A stretch of 64,000 nt of DNA from an uncultured Gemmatimonadales bacterium (lineage in GTDB: Bacteria; Gemmatimonadota; Gemmatimonadetes; Longimicrobiales; RSA9), in assembly GCA_963798845.1 (NCBI GenBank), contig CAWCUS010000004.1, positions 192,001-256,000 on the forward strand. Direction: 5' to 3'. The position numbers and the translations under genes are program-made. Below, piece by piece: positions 1 through 9,987 of the stretch; within the stretch, counting starts at the first letter, position 1, and every line of letters starts with the position of its first letter. The notes under the pieces were generated by a model. That model had not been told where the DNA came from and searched no databases. It worked only from the letters and a program-made list of their open reading frames with translations.

Positions 1-2
1 AG

Positions 3-1970
3 GCGCGGCCGGTGCGGGAGGTGAGGAAGTCGGTTCCGCCGAACGTCGCGGCGGCTGTCTCCAAGGCGCTGGAGAAGCTGCCAGCCGACCGCTTCGAGAG
101 CGCGCGGGCGTTCGCGGACGCCCTGGCCGACGTGCACTTCTCCGCCGGTGTGGCAGCGGGCGCGCTGCCGAGCGGTGCCATCACCGTTCGCAAAGTGTCC
201 CGCCACCCGCTCGTGCTCGGCCTGGCTGCGGCTCTCGTCGTCACCGCCGGGTTCGCGGTGTCGCAAGGGCGTGCCGCGCACCGCGAGGCGCCGCGTCCCG
301 TGGTTCGGCTCACGATCGGCTTGCCCTCCACGATGCTCATCTCCAACGCGGGCATCGGGACGAACGTGGCCGTCTCCCGGGACGGAAGCATGGTCGCCTA
401 TGCGCTTGCCGATTCGACGGGTACGTCGCAGCTGTACGTTCGGCCGCTCAGCGAGCGCGATGCCCGCGTGATCCCCGGCACGGACGGAGCGCAGCAGCCC
501 TGTTTTTCGCCCGATGGCAAGTGGATCGCCTACTTCGTCGGCACCACCGTCCGGAAGGTCCGGACCGCCGGTGGCACACCGGTGCAGGTCGGCGACGCCG
601 GCGCTCCTTCCATCGGGATATCGTGGAGCGCGTCCGGTCTGATCATCGTTGCCGCCGTGCCCGGCCTCGTCGTCCTTCCGGAGGACGGCGGCGCCTCGCG
701 CTTGATTGCCGGGGTGGACTCGCCCGCAAGTGAATCCTACAGGCAGCCGCTCGCGCTGCCGGACGGAAAGACGGCGCTGTTCACCATTACGCCGGCGGAG
801 GGGCTGGCCGAGACCCATCTGGCCGAAGTGACGCTGGAAACGGGGGCAGTTCGACGCTTCGACATGACGCTCCTGGACGTTCTGGGCTACGTGGATGGGA
901 CTCTCGTCTACGTCCTGCCCTCCGGCGCCCTCATGGGCGTTCCCTTCGATCTCGCCGGCGGGAGGCCGACCGGCACGCCGGTGGCGCTCGGCCCCCTGGC
1001 CGCCACGACGCTGGCTGCAGCAGCCACTGCGGACCTGTCACCTACCGGGACCCTCGTGTACGAGCCGGCTACCCGGGAAGGGACGCTGGGGTGGGTCCAG
1101 CCGCGCGGTCAGTTCACAGCGGTCCTGTCCAGGCCCGAAGCCTACGCCTTTCCCCGGCTCTCTCCCGACGGGAAGCGCATCGCGGTGGCGGTGGGCGCCG
1201 AAGGACGCTCGGACATCCTGCTCTACGACCTCGTGTCAGGCACGCCGACGCGGATCACCAACTCCGGCACCCAGAACGATCGCCCGGAGTGGACCCCCGA
1301 TGGACGTCGGGTGCTCTATCGCTCGGATCGCGGCGGCCCCACGGCGATCTGGTGGCAGCCCGCGGACCAGAGCGCTCCGGCGACGCCGTTGCAGGCTGTC
1401 GCGCCGCACAACTTCTTCGAGGGCGTGATCACACCGGACGGCAGGACCCTTGTCTATCAGGTCGACGACGGCGGGGCGACCCAGGCCGACATCCTGTATC
1501 GGGCGCTCCAGGGCGACACGACGTCCCACCCCGTGGCGGCGACGCGATTCGTGGAAGCGCAGCCGCGCGTGTCTCCCGACGGGCATTGGGTAGCCTTCGT
1601 GACCGACCAGTCGGGGGTGTCGCAGGTCGTGGTGCAGCCGTTTCCGGGCCCCGGCGGCCAGGTGCAGATCTCGGTCTCGGGAGGCACCGAGCCGGTGTGG
1701 GCCCGGGACGGGAAGCGGATCTTCTACCGTGATGGTCGCCACCTCGTCGCCGCATCGGTGAGCACGGCCGGCGGGTTTGCCGTCACCGGTCGCACCGACC
1801 TCTTCGACGACACCTATGTCTTCGCCCCGGCCCCACACCCCGACTACGACGTGTCGCCGGACGGCAGCAGGCTGCTGATGGTCCGGAGCACCCGGACACC
1901 GGAGTACGATATCGTCTACGGGTGGCGCAGCGAGCTGGCCGCGCGGATGCGTGGCTCCGGCGGTGGATGA
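3..1970 (+). CDS. Ser/Thr protein kinase fused to TolB-like (PD40) beta-propeller, 5' partial
   Basis: Starts in kinase C-lobe end (KALEKLPADRF), then a hydrophobic segment, then repeated P.FSPDGK.IA propeller motifs; frame open to window edge. Confidence 0.85.
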   Translation, partial: ARPVREVRKSVPPNVAAAVSKALEKLPADRFESARAFADALADVHFSAGVAAGALPSGAITVRKVSRHPLVLGLAAALVVTAGFAVSQGRAAHREAPRPVVRLTIGLPSTMLISNAGIGTNVAVSRDGSMVAYALADSTGTSQLYVRPLSERDARVIPGTDGAQQPCFSPDGKWIAYFVGTTVRKVRTAGGTPVQVGDAGAPSIGISWSASGLIIVAAVPGLVVLPEDGGASRLIAGVDSPASESYRQPLALPDGKTALFTITPAEGLAETHLAEVTLETGAVRRFDMTLLDVLGYVDGTLVYVLPSGALMGVPFDLAGGRPTGTPVALGPLAATTLAAAATADLSPTGTLVYEPATREGTLGWVQPRGQFTAVLSRPEAYAFPRLSPDGKRIAVAVGAEGRSDILLYDLVSGTPTRITNSGTQNDRPEWTPDGRRVLYRSDRGGPTAIWWQPADQSAPATPLQAVAPHNFFEGVITPDGRTLVYQVDDGGATQADILYRALQGDTTSHPVAATRFVEAQPRVSPDGHWVAFVTDQSGVSQVVVQPFPGPGGQVQISVSGGTEPVWARDGKRIFYRDGRHLVAASVSTAGGFAVTGRTDLFDDTYVFAPAPHPDYDVSPDGSRLLMVRSTRTPEYDIVYGWRSELAARMRGSGGG

Positions 1971-1974
1971 GCCG

Positions 1975-2859
1975 ATGCGGATGAGCCGAAGTGTGGTCCC
2001 GCCCGTGTCCGACGCGCCTCCAGCCATCCGGCAGACGCCGACCAACCGCGCCGCGCGGAGGTGGGCGCGCCGGCTGCGCTGGTTCGGAGCGGAGTTCCTG
2101 GTGGTGGTGACCGGCGTCCTGGTCGCGATCGCGCTCAACGCCTGGTACCAGGGCCGCCGGAACGCCACCACCGAAGCGACGTACCTGGCGCTCCTGTCCC
2201 GGGACCTCGAGCACACCGTGGCCGACCTCCGGCAGGCGGCAGCGTTCGAGCGGTCGCAGGAGCTGTACGGCCTCACGGCCTACCGGGCCCTCAGCTCGAG
2301 ACGAGCCGGACCCGAGCCCGACTCGGTCCGCGTGGCGCTCACGCAGCTTATCGTTCGGCGCACGGCCACGCTCTCGAAGGCGACCTACGAGGACCTGCTG
2401 AGTACCGGGAACCTGGGTCTGATACGGGACCGGGCCCTGCGTGACCGCATCGTCCGCTTCTACGACGAGTCGACCACCCTGACCGACATCCTCAACCGGA
2501 ACAACGCAGCCTTCGTGGACGGACTCTACAACGGGACGCTGCTGGCGAGCGGGCTCATCCTGCCGAAGGTGCTCCCCAACCAGCTCGGCGGTCGCGGCCT
2601 GAGCCTCTCCGACTCCCTCCTCCTCGCCGGCCTCCGCGGAGGCTACGACGACGAGCCCGATCCCCTGTGGGGCCTGCCCCCGGACGACCCGGCGTGGGCC
2701 CGCGCCCGCTCCGTCCTCCTGACGCGCCTGACCACCGCGTCGGTGTCGCGCCAGTCCGACGAGTCCATGCTCGAGCAGGCCCGCGCCCTCAAGCGTTCGC
2801 TGGACGCGGAGCGTCGGCGCCTCGGGACCCTGGCTCCCGACTCAACCGCAACCCCATAA
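1975..2859 (+). CDS. Membrane-anchored hypothetical protein, DUF6090-like
   Basis: N-terminal EFLVVVTGVLVAIALNAW helix and ATYEDLLSTGNLGLIRD motif. Confidence 0.6.
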   Translation: MRMSRSVVPPVSDAPPAIRQTPTNRAARRWARRLRWFGAEFLVVVTGVLVAIALNAWYQGRRNATTEATYLALLSRDLEHTVADLRQAAAFERSQELYGLTAYRALSSRRAGPEPDSVRVALTQLIVRRTATLSKATYEDLLSTGNLGLIRDRALRDRIVRFYDESTTLTDILNRNNAAFVDGLYNGTLLASGLILPKVLPNQLGGRGLSLSDSLLLAGLRGGYDDEPDPLWGLPPDDPAWARARSVLLTRLTTASVSRQSDESMLEQARALKRSLDAERRRLGTLAPDSTATP

Positions 2860-2863
2860 CGCC

Positions 2864-3803
2864 ATGAACCCATCCGATCACGCTCCCCTCATCGCCATCA
2901 CCATGCTCGCCGCCCGCGCGGACGGCGAGACCGGCGCCGCGGAGCAGTCGGCCATCGACGACGTCGTCCAGCGGATCGGATCGCCGGACGTCAGCCGGCT
3001 CGGGGGACAGGTGAGCGCCGGGACCCTCCGGGTCGCCGACCTGGCAGGCCGCCTCTCCGATGACGAGGCGAGGCGCGCGGCGTACACGGCGGCGCTCGCC
3101 GTCTGCCACGCGGACGGCGCGACGAACGCCGCCGAACGGGGATTCCTCGATGAGCTCCGGGCCGCGCTCGGGCTGGACGCGGCCGTCGTCGCCGGGCTGG
3201 ATCGGACTGCCGGCGGGCTGTCCGCCGCGCCCGACACGGGCATGGCCACGGCGCCGGCGAAGCCGTCCTCGCCGGACGCCCCCGACGCCACGGTCGAGGA
3301 CTTCATCCTCGACCAGGCGATCCTCACCGGTGCCCTCGAGATCCTCCCCGATCACCTGGCGAACATCGCGATCCTGCCGCTCCAGATGCGCATGGTCTAC
3401 CAGATCGGGCAGCGCCACGGCCAGCAGCTCGACCTGGGCCAGGCCAAGGACCTCGCCGCCACCCTGGGACTCGGCGCCGCCGCGCAGGCCGTCGAGGGCG
3501 TCGCCATCAAGCTCCTCGGCGGCCTCGCCGGCGGCCTGCTGGGCGGCCTCGATGGGCGGGGCGGCGAGGGTCGCCACCGGCGCGGCGATCACGTTCGCCG
3601 CGACGTACGCCCTCGGGCACGTCGCCGACGAGTACTACGCGCAGGGGCGGAAGCTCGGAGCCGAGGACCTGCGAGCGCAGTTCGCGCAGTTCAAGGACGA
3701 GGCCCACACGCTCTATCCGCGGGTGGAGCAGGAGATCCGCGCGCGCTCCAGCACCATCGACCTCGGCAGCCTGACGCGCTCGCTCGGGGCGAGGCGTGCG
3801 TGA
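2864..3803 (+). pseudogene. TerB-like + DUF697/YcjF-like protein, frameshifted near 3551
   Basis: ARADG and VCHADG..AERGFLDEL TerB-like motifs; protein-like sequence continues in the +1 frame (MGGAARVATGAAITFAATYALGHVA) to stop 3803. Confidence 0.7.
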
Positions 3804-3836
3804 CCGCGCGGCGGAACCGCGGGGCATGAGGTGGGA

Positions 3837-4721
3837 ATGACCGGCGATCTCGAGATCCGGCCCATGACCCGCGTCGAGGCCGCCGAGCTCGTGGCCTGGG
3901 CCGATCGCGAGGGGTGGAACCCCGGCCTCCACGATGCCGACGTGTTCTGGGCCACGGACCCCGACGCGTTCGTCGGTGCCGAGCTGGATGGGGAGCTCAT
4001 CGGCGGAGGCGCCATCACGTCCTACGGCGGCGCGTTCGGCTTCATGGGCCTCTTCATCGTCCGGCCGGAGTTCCGGGGCCGCGGGCTGGGCGATGCTCTG
4101 TGGCACGCCCGCCTCGACCGGCTGCGCGCGCGGCTGCGTCCCGGCGCCACCATCGGCATGGACGGGGTGTTCGACATGCAGCCCTACTATGCGAAGGGCG
4201 GCTTCGTCTTCTCCCACCGCACCATCCGGTACCGCGCCGGGATCCCGGACGGCTTCTCTCCCTCTGCCGCGGACGGCCCCGGTGACGCCGCGAGCGTCGT
4301 CCCTCTCTCCGACGTGCCCTTCGACGACGTCCTCGCCTACGACCTCGCCTGCTTCCCCGCGCCCCGCCCGGCTTTTCTCCGGCCATGGATCACCCAGTCC
4401 GACGCCCTCGCCCTCGGCTGTCTCCGCGACGGCCGTCTGGCCGGATATGGAGTCGTCCGGCGCTGCGGTGAAGGGTGCAAGGTGGGCCCGCTCTTCTGTG
4501 ACGATGACCGCGGGGCCGAGGCGCTGTACGCGAGGCTGGCCGCATTCGCCGCCGGGGGGCCGCTCTTCCTCGATGCCCCGGAGAACAACGACGCCGCGAT
4601 GGCGCTGGTGGCGCGGCACGGGATGGAGGACGTGTTCGGCTGCGCCCGCATGTACCTGGGCCCGCCTCCCGGCATCGCCCACGAGCGCGTCTTCGGGATC
4701 ACCACGTTCGAGCTCGGCTGA
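3837..4721 (+). CDS. GNAT family N-acetyltransferase (tandem domain, YitH-like)
   Basis: FIVRPEFRGRGLG acetyl-CoA motif, YAKGGF, second domain KVGPLF. Confidence 0.85.
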   Translation: MTGDLEIRPMTRVEAAELVAWADREGWNPGLHDADVFWATDPDAFVGAELDGELIGGGAITSYGGAFGFMGLFIVRPEFRGRGLGDALWHARLDRLRARLRPGATIGMDGVFDMQPYYAKGGFVFSHRTIRYRAGIPDGFSPSAADGPGDAASVVPLSDVPFDDVLAYDLACFPAPRPAFLRPWITQSDALALGCLRDGRLAGYGVVRRCGEGCKVGPLFCDDDRGAEALYARLAAFAAGGPLFLDAPENNDAAMALVARHGMEDVFGCARMYLGPPPGIAHERVFGITTFELG

Positions 4722-5614
4722 TGCACGGCCGCGATCTGCTCGGCTACGGCCCGAACCCGCCCGATCCGCAATGGCCGGGCGGGGCGCGCCTGGCCGTCCA
4801 GTTCGTCCTGAACGTCGAGGAAGGCGCGGAGCGATCCATCCTCGAGGGCGACGAATCATCCGAGGACTACCTGCACGAGATCCCCGGCCGCCCCGCGCGC
4901 GCCGGGGAGCGGGACCTGAGCGTCGAGAGCATGTACGCATACGGGTCCCGGGCTGGCGTCTGGCGGATTCTGAGGGAGTTCCAGTCCCGCGCCCTCCCGC
5001 TGACCGCCTTCGCCGTCGGCCGGGCCCTCGAGCTCAATCCCGCGATCGGGCGCGCGCTCGCCGGGGCCGGCCACGAGGTGGCGGGTCACGGCTACCGCTG
5101 GATCGACTACCGCCACCTCTCCGAGGAGGAGGAGCGCCGCCACATCCGACGCACCATCGAGGTCATCCGGGAGTCTTGCGGCGAGCGCCCGGTGGGCTGG
5201 TACACCGGACGGGTGAGCGCCAGCACGCGCCGCCTGGTCCGCGAGGAGGGCGGATTCCTGTACACTTCCGACGCCTACGACGACGACCTCCCGTACTGGC
5301 TTCCCGGGTCGCCCCCCCTCCTCGTGATCCCGTACACGCTCGTCACCAACGACGCCCGCTACCTCCTGCCCACCGGGCCTTCCTGCGGGGCGGAGTTCCT
5401 GGGCCTTCTGACCGACGCGTTCGATCTGCTCTGGCGCGAGGGCGAGACGCAGCCCCGGATGATGACGGTCGGCCTCCACCCCCGCATCAGCGGCCACCCG
5501 GCCCGGGCCATGGCCCTCGCCCGGTTCCTCGATCACGTCCAGGGCCGCGACGGCGTATGGATCTGCCGCCGCGCCGACATTGCCAGGCACTGGACGGACC
5601 GGCACCCGGTCTGA
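4721..5614 (+). CDS. puuE: Allantoinase PuuE / polysaccharide deacetylase family
   Basis: WPGGARLAVQFVLNVEEG, YGSRAGVWR, GHGYRWI, GWYTGR, DDLPYW, GLHPRISG. Confidence 0.8.
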   Translation: MHGRDLLGYGPNPPDPQWPGGARLAVQFVLNVEEGAERSILEGDESSEDYLHEIPGRPARAGERDLSVESMYAYGSRAGVWRILREFQSRALPLTAFAVGRALELNPAIGRALAGAGHEVAGHGYRWIDYRHLSEEEERRHIRRTIEVIRESCGERPVGWYTGRVSASTRRLVREEGGFLYTSDAYDDDLPYWLPGSPPLLVIPYTLVTNDARYLLPTGPSCGAEFLGLLTDAFDLLWREGETQPRMMTVGLHPRISGHPARAMALARFLDHVQGRDGVWICRRADIARHWTDRHPV

Positions 5615-5734
5615 CCACGGCCCGCGCTCTCGGCCCCTCACAGTCACCGCAGGCGACCGGCCCGCGCGCCCGATCCGCCAGCCGCACGCCACCCGCCGAA
5701 CCCCGGTCCCCGCCGCGACGGGTCGTCGTCGTTG

Positions 5735-5765
5735 TCCCTACGGACTGTAGGGAATATTCCTACAG
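5735..5765. promoter_or_regulatory. Overlapping inverted repeats, candidate response-regulator binding site
   Basis: TCCCTACG-GAC-TGTAGGGA overlapping CTGTAGG-GAATATT-CCTACAG in an AT-enriched intergenic patch. Confidence 0.45.
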
Positions 5766-5904
5766 AACCCTTGCGCTCCCGCGGCCTGCTTCCCTGATTG
5801 GGGCCATCGCCGGCCGGGTCGGTCGGGCTTCACCGGGCGAGGCGGGAGGCGCAAGGCGCGCCCGCATCCTCGCCCGTCATCATCTCTCGCTGACGGAGGT
5901 TTCG

Positions 5905-6402
5905 ATGCGCAATGGTTCCGGCAGTACTGCGTCTGCTCGCGGGCACCGGCTGCTCCTGCTGATTCCGCTGATCGTCCTGCCGGCGCTGGCCACGCCGGTG
6001 GTCGGACAGGGGACGAACGACCTCGCTTCGAAGCTCATGAGCCAGGAGCGTGGCCTCTGGAACGCGTGGCGCGACCAGGATTGGACGGTGTTCCGTCGCG
6101 ACGTCGCGGATAACGCGGTGACCATGCACGCGTCCGGTCCGGCGCTGGGTCGTGAGACGGCGCTCTCCGGGATGGAGAAGAACCCGTGTGAGGTCCGCAG
6201 CTTCAGCCTGGGCGACGAGCACGTCGTCGAGGTCGCTCCGGGGACGGCGGTGGTCGTCTACAAGGCGGAGCAGGATGCGACCTGCGGCGGCCAGAAGGTG
6301 CCGGGCACGGTCTGGGCCACGTCGGTCTGGGTGCAGAAGGACGGGAAGTGGCAGAACGTGCTGCACCAGGAAGTGCCGGCCGAGGAGGACAGCGGCATGT
6401 AG
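5905..6402 (+). CDS. Secreted NTF2-like / DUF4440 family protein
   Basis: GGAGG RBS, signal peptide, C-terminal ATSVWVQKDGKWQNVLHQE; tail of listed ORF 3934..6402. Confidence 0.8.
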   Translation: MRNGSGSTASARGHRLLLLIPLIVLPALATPVVGQGTNDLASKLMSQERGLWNAWRDQDWTVFRRDVADNAVTMHASGPALGRETALSGMEKNPCEVRSFSLGDEHVVEVAPGTAVVVYKAEQDATCGGQKVPGTVWATSVWVQKDGKWQNVLHQEVPAEEDSGM

Positions 6403-6515
6403 CGCGGGGCAGGGGTGGCGAGGCCGCGCCCATCCATCCGGCGGTGGGCGCGGCACCGCTGGCCCGGTTGCTGCACGGCGCCCCGGCGGGATCGACGGCA
6501 ACCGGTGAGGCGCAC

Positions 6516-7646
6516 GTGCGGATCGTCCTGTTCGTCCACTCCATCGTCAGTGACTGGAGCCACGGCAACGCCCATTTCCTGCGCGGGCTGATGCGGGCGC
6601 TGGCCGCGCGTGGCCATCAGGTGACCGCGTGCGAGCGGTGGAGGAACTGGTCGACGGACAATCTGCTGGAGGACCACGGCCACGGCCCGGTGGTGGAGTT
6701 CGCCCGCATCTTCGACGACCTGGACATCCGCATGTACGGCAGCGGGGAGCGGCTCGCGCAGGACGTGGACGGACTCACGCGCGGCGCGGACCTCGTCCTG
6801 GTGCACGAGTTCAACGAGCCGGAGCTGGTCTGCGCGGTCGGGCAGGCCAGGCGGGACCGGGGAGATTTCGCGCTGCTGTTTCACGACACGCACCATCGGG
6901 CCGTGAGCGTCCCGGATCAGATGGCGCGCTTCGACCTCCAGCACTACGACGGCGTCCTCGCTTTCGGGCGCTCACTCGCCGACGTCTGGCGGCGCCAGTA
7001 CGGGATGGACCGGGTGTGGACGTTCCACGAGGCGGCGGACACCACGTTGTTCTACCCGCGGGACGAGGAGCTCCGGGATGACGTGGTCTGGATCGGGAAC
7101 TGGGGAGACGACGAGCGCAGCGCGGAGATCCGTTCGTTCCTCGTCGAGTCCGCCCGCGCCATGCCCGACCTGCGCTTCGCCGTCCATGGCGTCCGCTATC
7201 CGGAAGCCGCCCGCGCCGAGCTCGAGGACGCCGGCATCGACTTCCGCGGGTGGATTCCCAACTACCATGTACCGGACGCGTTCGCACGCGCCCGCATGAC
7301 GATCCACATTCCCCGTGGCCCCTACCTCGACCGCCTGCCCGGCATCCCCACCATCCGCCCGTTCGAGGCCCTCGCCAGCGGAATCCCCCTCATCTCCACC
7401 CCCTGGCCCGATACGGAAGGCCTGTTCACCGCGGGTCAGGACTACCTCTCCGTCCGGACCCCGGCGGAGATGCGTTCGGCCATCCGCCGGCTCGCTGACG
7501 ATCCGGAGGCGCGCGGCCGCCTGGCCGAGCGGGGACGTCGAACCATCGTCGCCCGCCACACCTGCCATCACCGTGCACGTCAGCTCGAGGACATCCACGC
7601 CGAGCTCACCGGGAGGGTGAAGCGCGCCGCCGCCCGCTCCGCCTGA
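6516..7646 (+). CDS. CgeB-family glycosyltransferase
   Basis: [48 protein letters not shown] start after GAGG. Confidence 0.8.
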   Translation: MRIVLFVHSIVSDWSHGNAHFLRGLMRALAARGHQVTACERWRNWSTDNLLEDHGHGPVVEFARIFDDLDIRMYGSGERLAQDVDGLTRGADLVLVHEFNEPELVCAVGQARRDRGDFALLFHDTHHRAVSVPDQMARFDLQHYDGVLAFGRSLADVWRRQYGMDRVWTFHEAADTTLFYPRDEELRDDVVWIGNWGDDERSAEIRSFLVESARAMPDLRFAVHGVRYPEAARAELEDAGIDFRGWIPNYHVPDAFARARMTIHIPRGPYLDRLPGIPTIRPFEALASGIPLISTPWPDTEGLFTAGQDYLSVRTPAEMRSAIRRLADDPEARGRLAERGRRTIVARHTCHHRARQLEDIHAELTGRVKRAAARSA

Positions 7647-7720
7647 AGGGGACCGCGCGAACAGGCCAGGACGGCGGGACGGCGACCGGGCGCGCCGCCG
7701 GGCGCAGGGCCCTGCCACGG

Positions 7721-8014
7721 CTACCCCAAACCCTCCGGGTAATCGCCGCGCACGCGACGCCACCCTTCCGCCAACCCGCGCCTCGCCAGCAGCCGGGCGA
7801 TACCCACCGCCATCCCCGTGGCGAGGGTCCACGTCAGTGCGTCGCCCCAGCCCACCGATCGCGCGGCCGGGTTCTTCGGCGCCTCGTCTCCGCGCCACTG
7901 CTCCCAGACGGTCTCCAGCATGCGACGCATGGCGATGCCCGCCACCGCGGCCATGGCGAGCGACACCGCGTCCCATACCCGCTCCTCGTCCACTACGTCC
8001 CCGATCACGCTCAT
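7721..8014 (-). CDS. Small membrane protein, DUF4235-like
   Basis: W...G..AP.NP.....W.DAL.W pattern, two hydrophobic helices, GGGAG RBS. Confidence 0.7.
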   Translation of the reverse strand: MSVIGDVVDEERVWDAVSLAMAAVAGIAMRRMLETVWEQWRGDEAPKNPAARSVGWGDALTWTLATGMAVGIARLLARRGLAEGWRRVRGDYPEGLG

Positions 8015-8208
8015 TCGCTCCCTCTCCCGCAGAATCCCGACCGATCGTTCGCGGGATCGTGCGCGCAAACCCGGTGCCGTACCCACCTCGGTCCCACGCC
8101 GTCCCGGCCCGCCATTCCATCGCCCCGAGCCGGCCTGGATCTTCGCCGGGAGCAAGGCGCCACTCCGGCTGCCTTCAGGTCCCGCAACGACTGGAGCCGT
8201 CACCTTCC

Positions 8209-9987
8209 ATGGACGCCGCCCGCGAGGTCCTGCGCCGCCACTTCGGCTACCCGGACTTCCGACCGGGGCAGGGGAAGGCCGTGCAGGCGGCGCTGGCGGG
8301 GCGCGACGTTCTGGTCCTGATGCCCACGGGCGGCGGGAAGAGCCTCTGCTTCCAGGTCCCCGCCCAGCTCGTTCGCGGCTCGACGCTCGTGGTGAGCCCG
8401 CTCATCTCGCTCATGCAGGACCAGGTCGACGGGCTTCATCGCGCCGGCCTGTCGGCGACCTTCATAAACTCGACCCTCGAGGCCGCGGACGTGAGGGAGC
8501 GCCTGGACGCCGTCGAGGCCGGGGAGGTCCGGCTCCTCTATGTCGCACCGGAGCGCTTCGCCAGCCGGTCGTTCATGGACCGACTGGAGCGGCTGAGCGT
8601 GGGCTTCTTCGTGGTCGATGAGGCGCACTGCATCTCCCAGTGGGGACATGACTTCCGCCCCAGCTACCTGCGCCTCGGAGACATCCGCGACCGCCTCCGC
8701 TGCCACACCATGGCCCTCACCGCCACCGCGACCCCCGAGGTGCGCGACGAGATCATCCGGCACCTCCACCTGCGTGCTCCCGTGGTGGTGGCGAAGGGCT
8801 TCGACAGGCCCAACCTCCGCTGGCACGTCCTCTCCGCCCGCAACGACGCCGAGAAGGACCAGCTCCTGGTCCGCCTGCTCCGCGACCGGCGCAGGGGCGG
8901 CGGCGAGGGGAGCGCGATCGTCTACGCCTCCACCCGGAAGCAGGTGGACGCTGTCGCCCATCTCCTGAACCGCCAGGGCGTCGCTGCGGGAGGGTACCAC
9001 GCGGGAATCGGGAGTGGGGAACGCTCGCGGCTCCAGGACGCGTTCATGCGCGGCGAGCTGAGGACCGTCATAGCCACCAACGCGTTCGGCATGGGCATCG
9101 ACAAGCCGGACGTGCGTCTGGTGGTCCACTACACCACCCCCTCCACCGTGGAAGACTACTACCAGGAGGCCGGGCGCGCCGGCCGGGACCGCGAGGACGC
9201 CGACTGCGTCCTCCTGCATGCCTACGCCGACCGTTTCACCAACCAGTTCCTCCTCGAGCAGGCGCACCCGGACCGGCAGACCACGGAAGCCGTGGCACGG
9301 CTCATGGCCATGGCCGCCGCGTCCGGTCGTGAGCCGAAGGAGCCCGACACCGTGCTCCTGCACGGCGACCTGTTCCGCCAGGCGGCGCGCCTCGCCGGTG
9401 GCGCCAAGCGACTGGAAGCCGTTCTCCGTCTTCTGGGGGCGAACGGCGCGGTAGTGCGGGAGGGGAGCGCCGCTTCCGGAGCGTGGATCCGCGTGATCGC
9501 GTCGCCGGCGCGCGTGGCTCGAGAGCTGACCCACGACGCGACAGCCCGCGACCTGGTGGAAGCCGCGCGCGCGGCACTCGACCCCGAGCTGGCGCACAGG
9601 TGGTCTCCGATGCCGCCGGAGAGTGCGCTGCCCGCGCTCCCCGCCGCGGACCGGCGTCGCCTGCTCGACCGGCTCGCGTCGGAAGGCTTCCTGGAATGGC
9701 GGCCGCGAGGCATGGGCGCCCGTTTCCGACTCCTGGAGCCGTTCCACGGGCCCGGCCACGGCGTGAGCTGGGAGGCCGAGAAGACCAAGCACCGACACGA
9801 CCTGGACAAGCTCAGACGCATGCAGGCGTACGCCTACCAGGGCAGCTGCCGTCGGCGCTACATCCTCGGCTATTTCGGCGAAGCCGCGTCCTGGCGCTGC
9901 GGCCGCTGCGACCGCTGCCTCTCACCCGATCGGCGCATCGTGCCTCGCTGGCCCGCTCCGCGGCGAAGGGTCCTGTCCAGGAAGTGA
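8209..9987 (+). CDS. recQ: RecQ family ATP-dependent DNA helicase
   Basis: [62 protein letters not shown] zinc site. Confidence 0.93.
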   Translation: MDAAREVLRRHFGYPDFRPGQGKAVQAALAGRDVLVLMPTGGGKSLCFQVPAQLVRGSTLVVSPLISLMQDQVDGLHRAGLSATFINSTLEAADVRERLDAVEAGEVRLLYVAPERFASRSFMDRLERLSVGFFVVDEAHCISQWGHDFRPSYLRLGDIRDRLRCHTMALTATATPEVRDEIIRHLHLRAPVVVAKGFDRPNLRWHVLSARNDAEKDQLLVRLLRDRRRGGGEGSAIVYASTRKQVDAVAHLLNRQGVAAGGYHAGIGSGERSRLQDAFMRGELRTVIATNAFGMGIDKPDVRLVVHYTTPSTVEDYYQEAGRAGRDREDADCVLLHAYADRFTNQFLLEQAHPDRQTTEAVARLMAMAAASGREPKEPDTVLLHGDLFRQAARLAGGAKRLEAVLRLLGANGAVVREGSAASGAWIRVIASPARVARELTHDATARDLVEAARAALDPELAHRWSPMPPESALPALPAADRRRLLDRLASEGFLEWRPRGMGARFRLLEPFHGPGHGVSWEAEKTKHRHDLDKLRRMQAYAYQGSCRRRYILGYFGEAASWRCGRCDRCLSPDRRIVPRWPAPRRRVLSRK

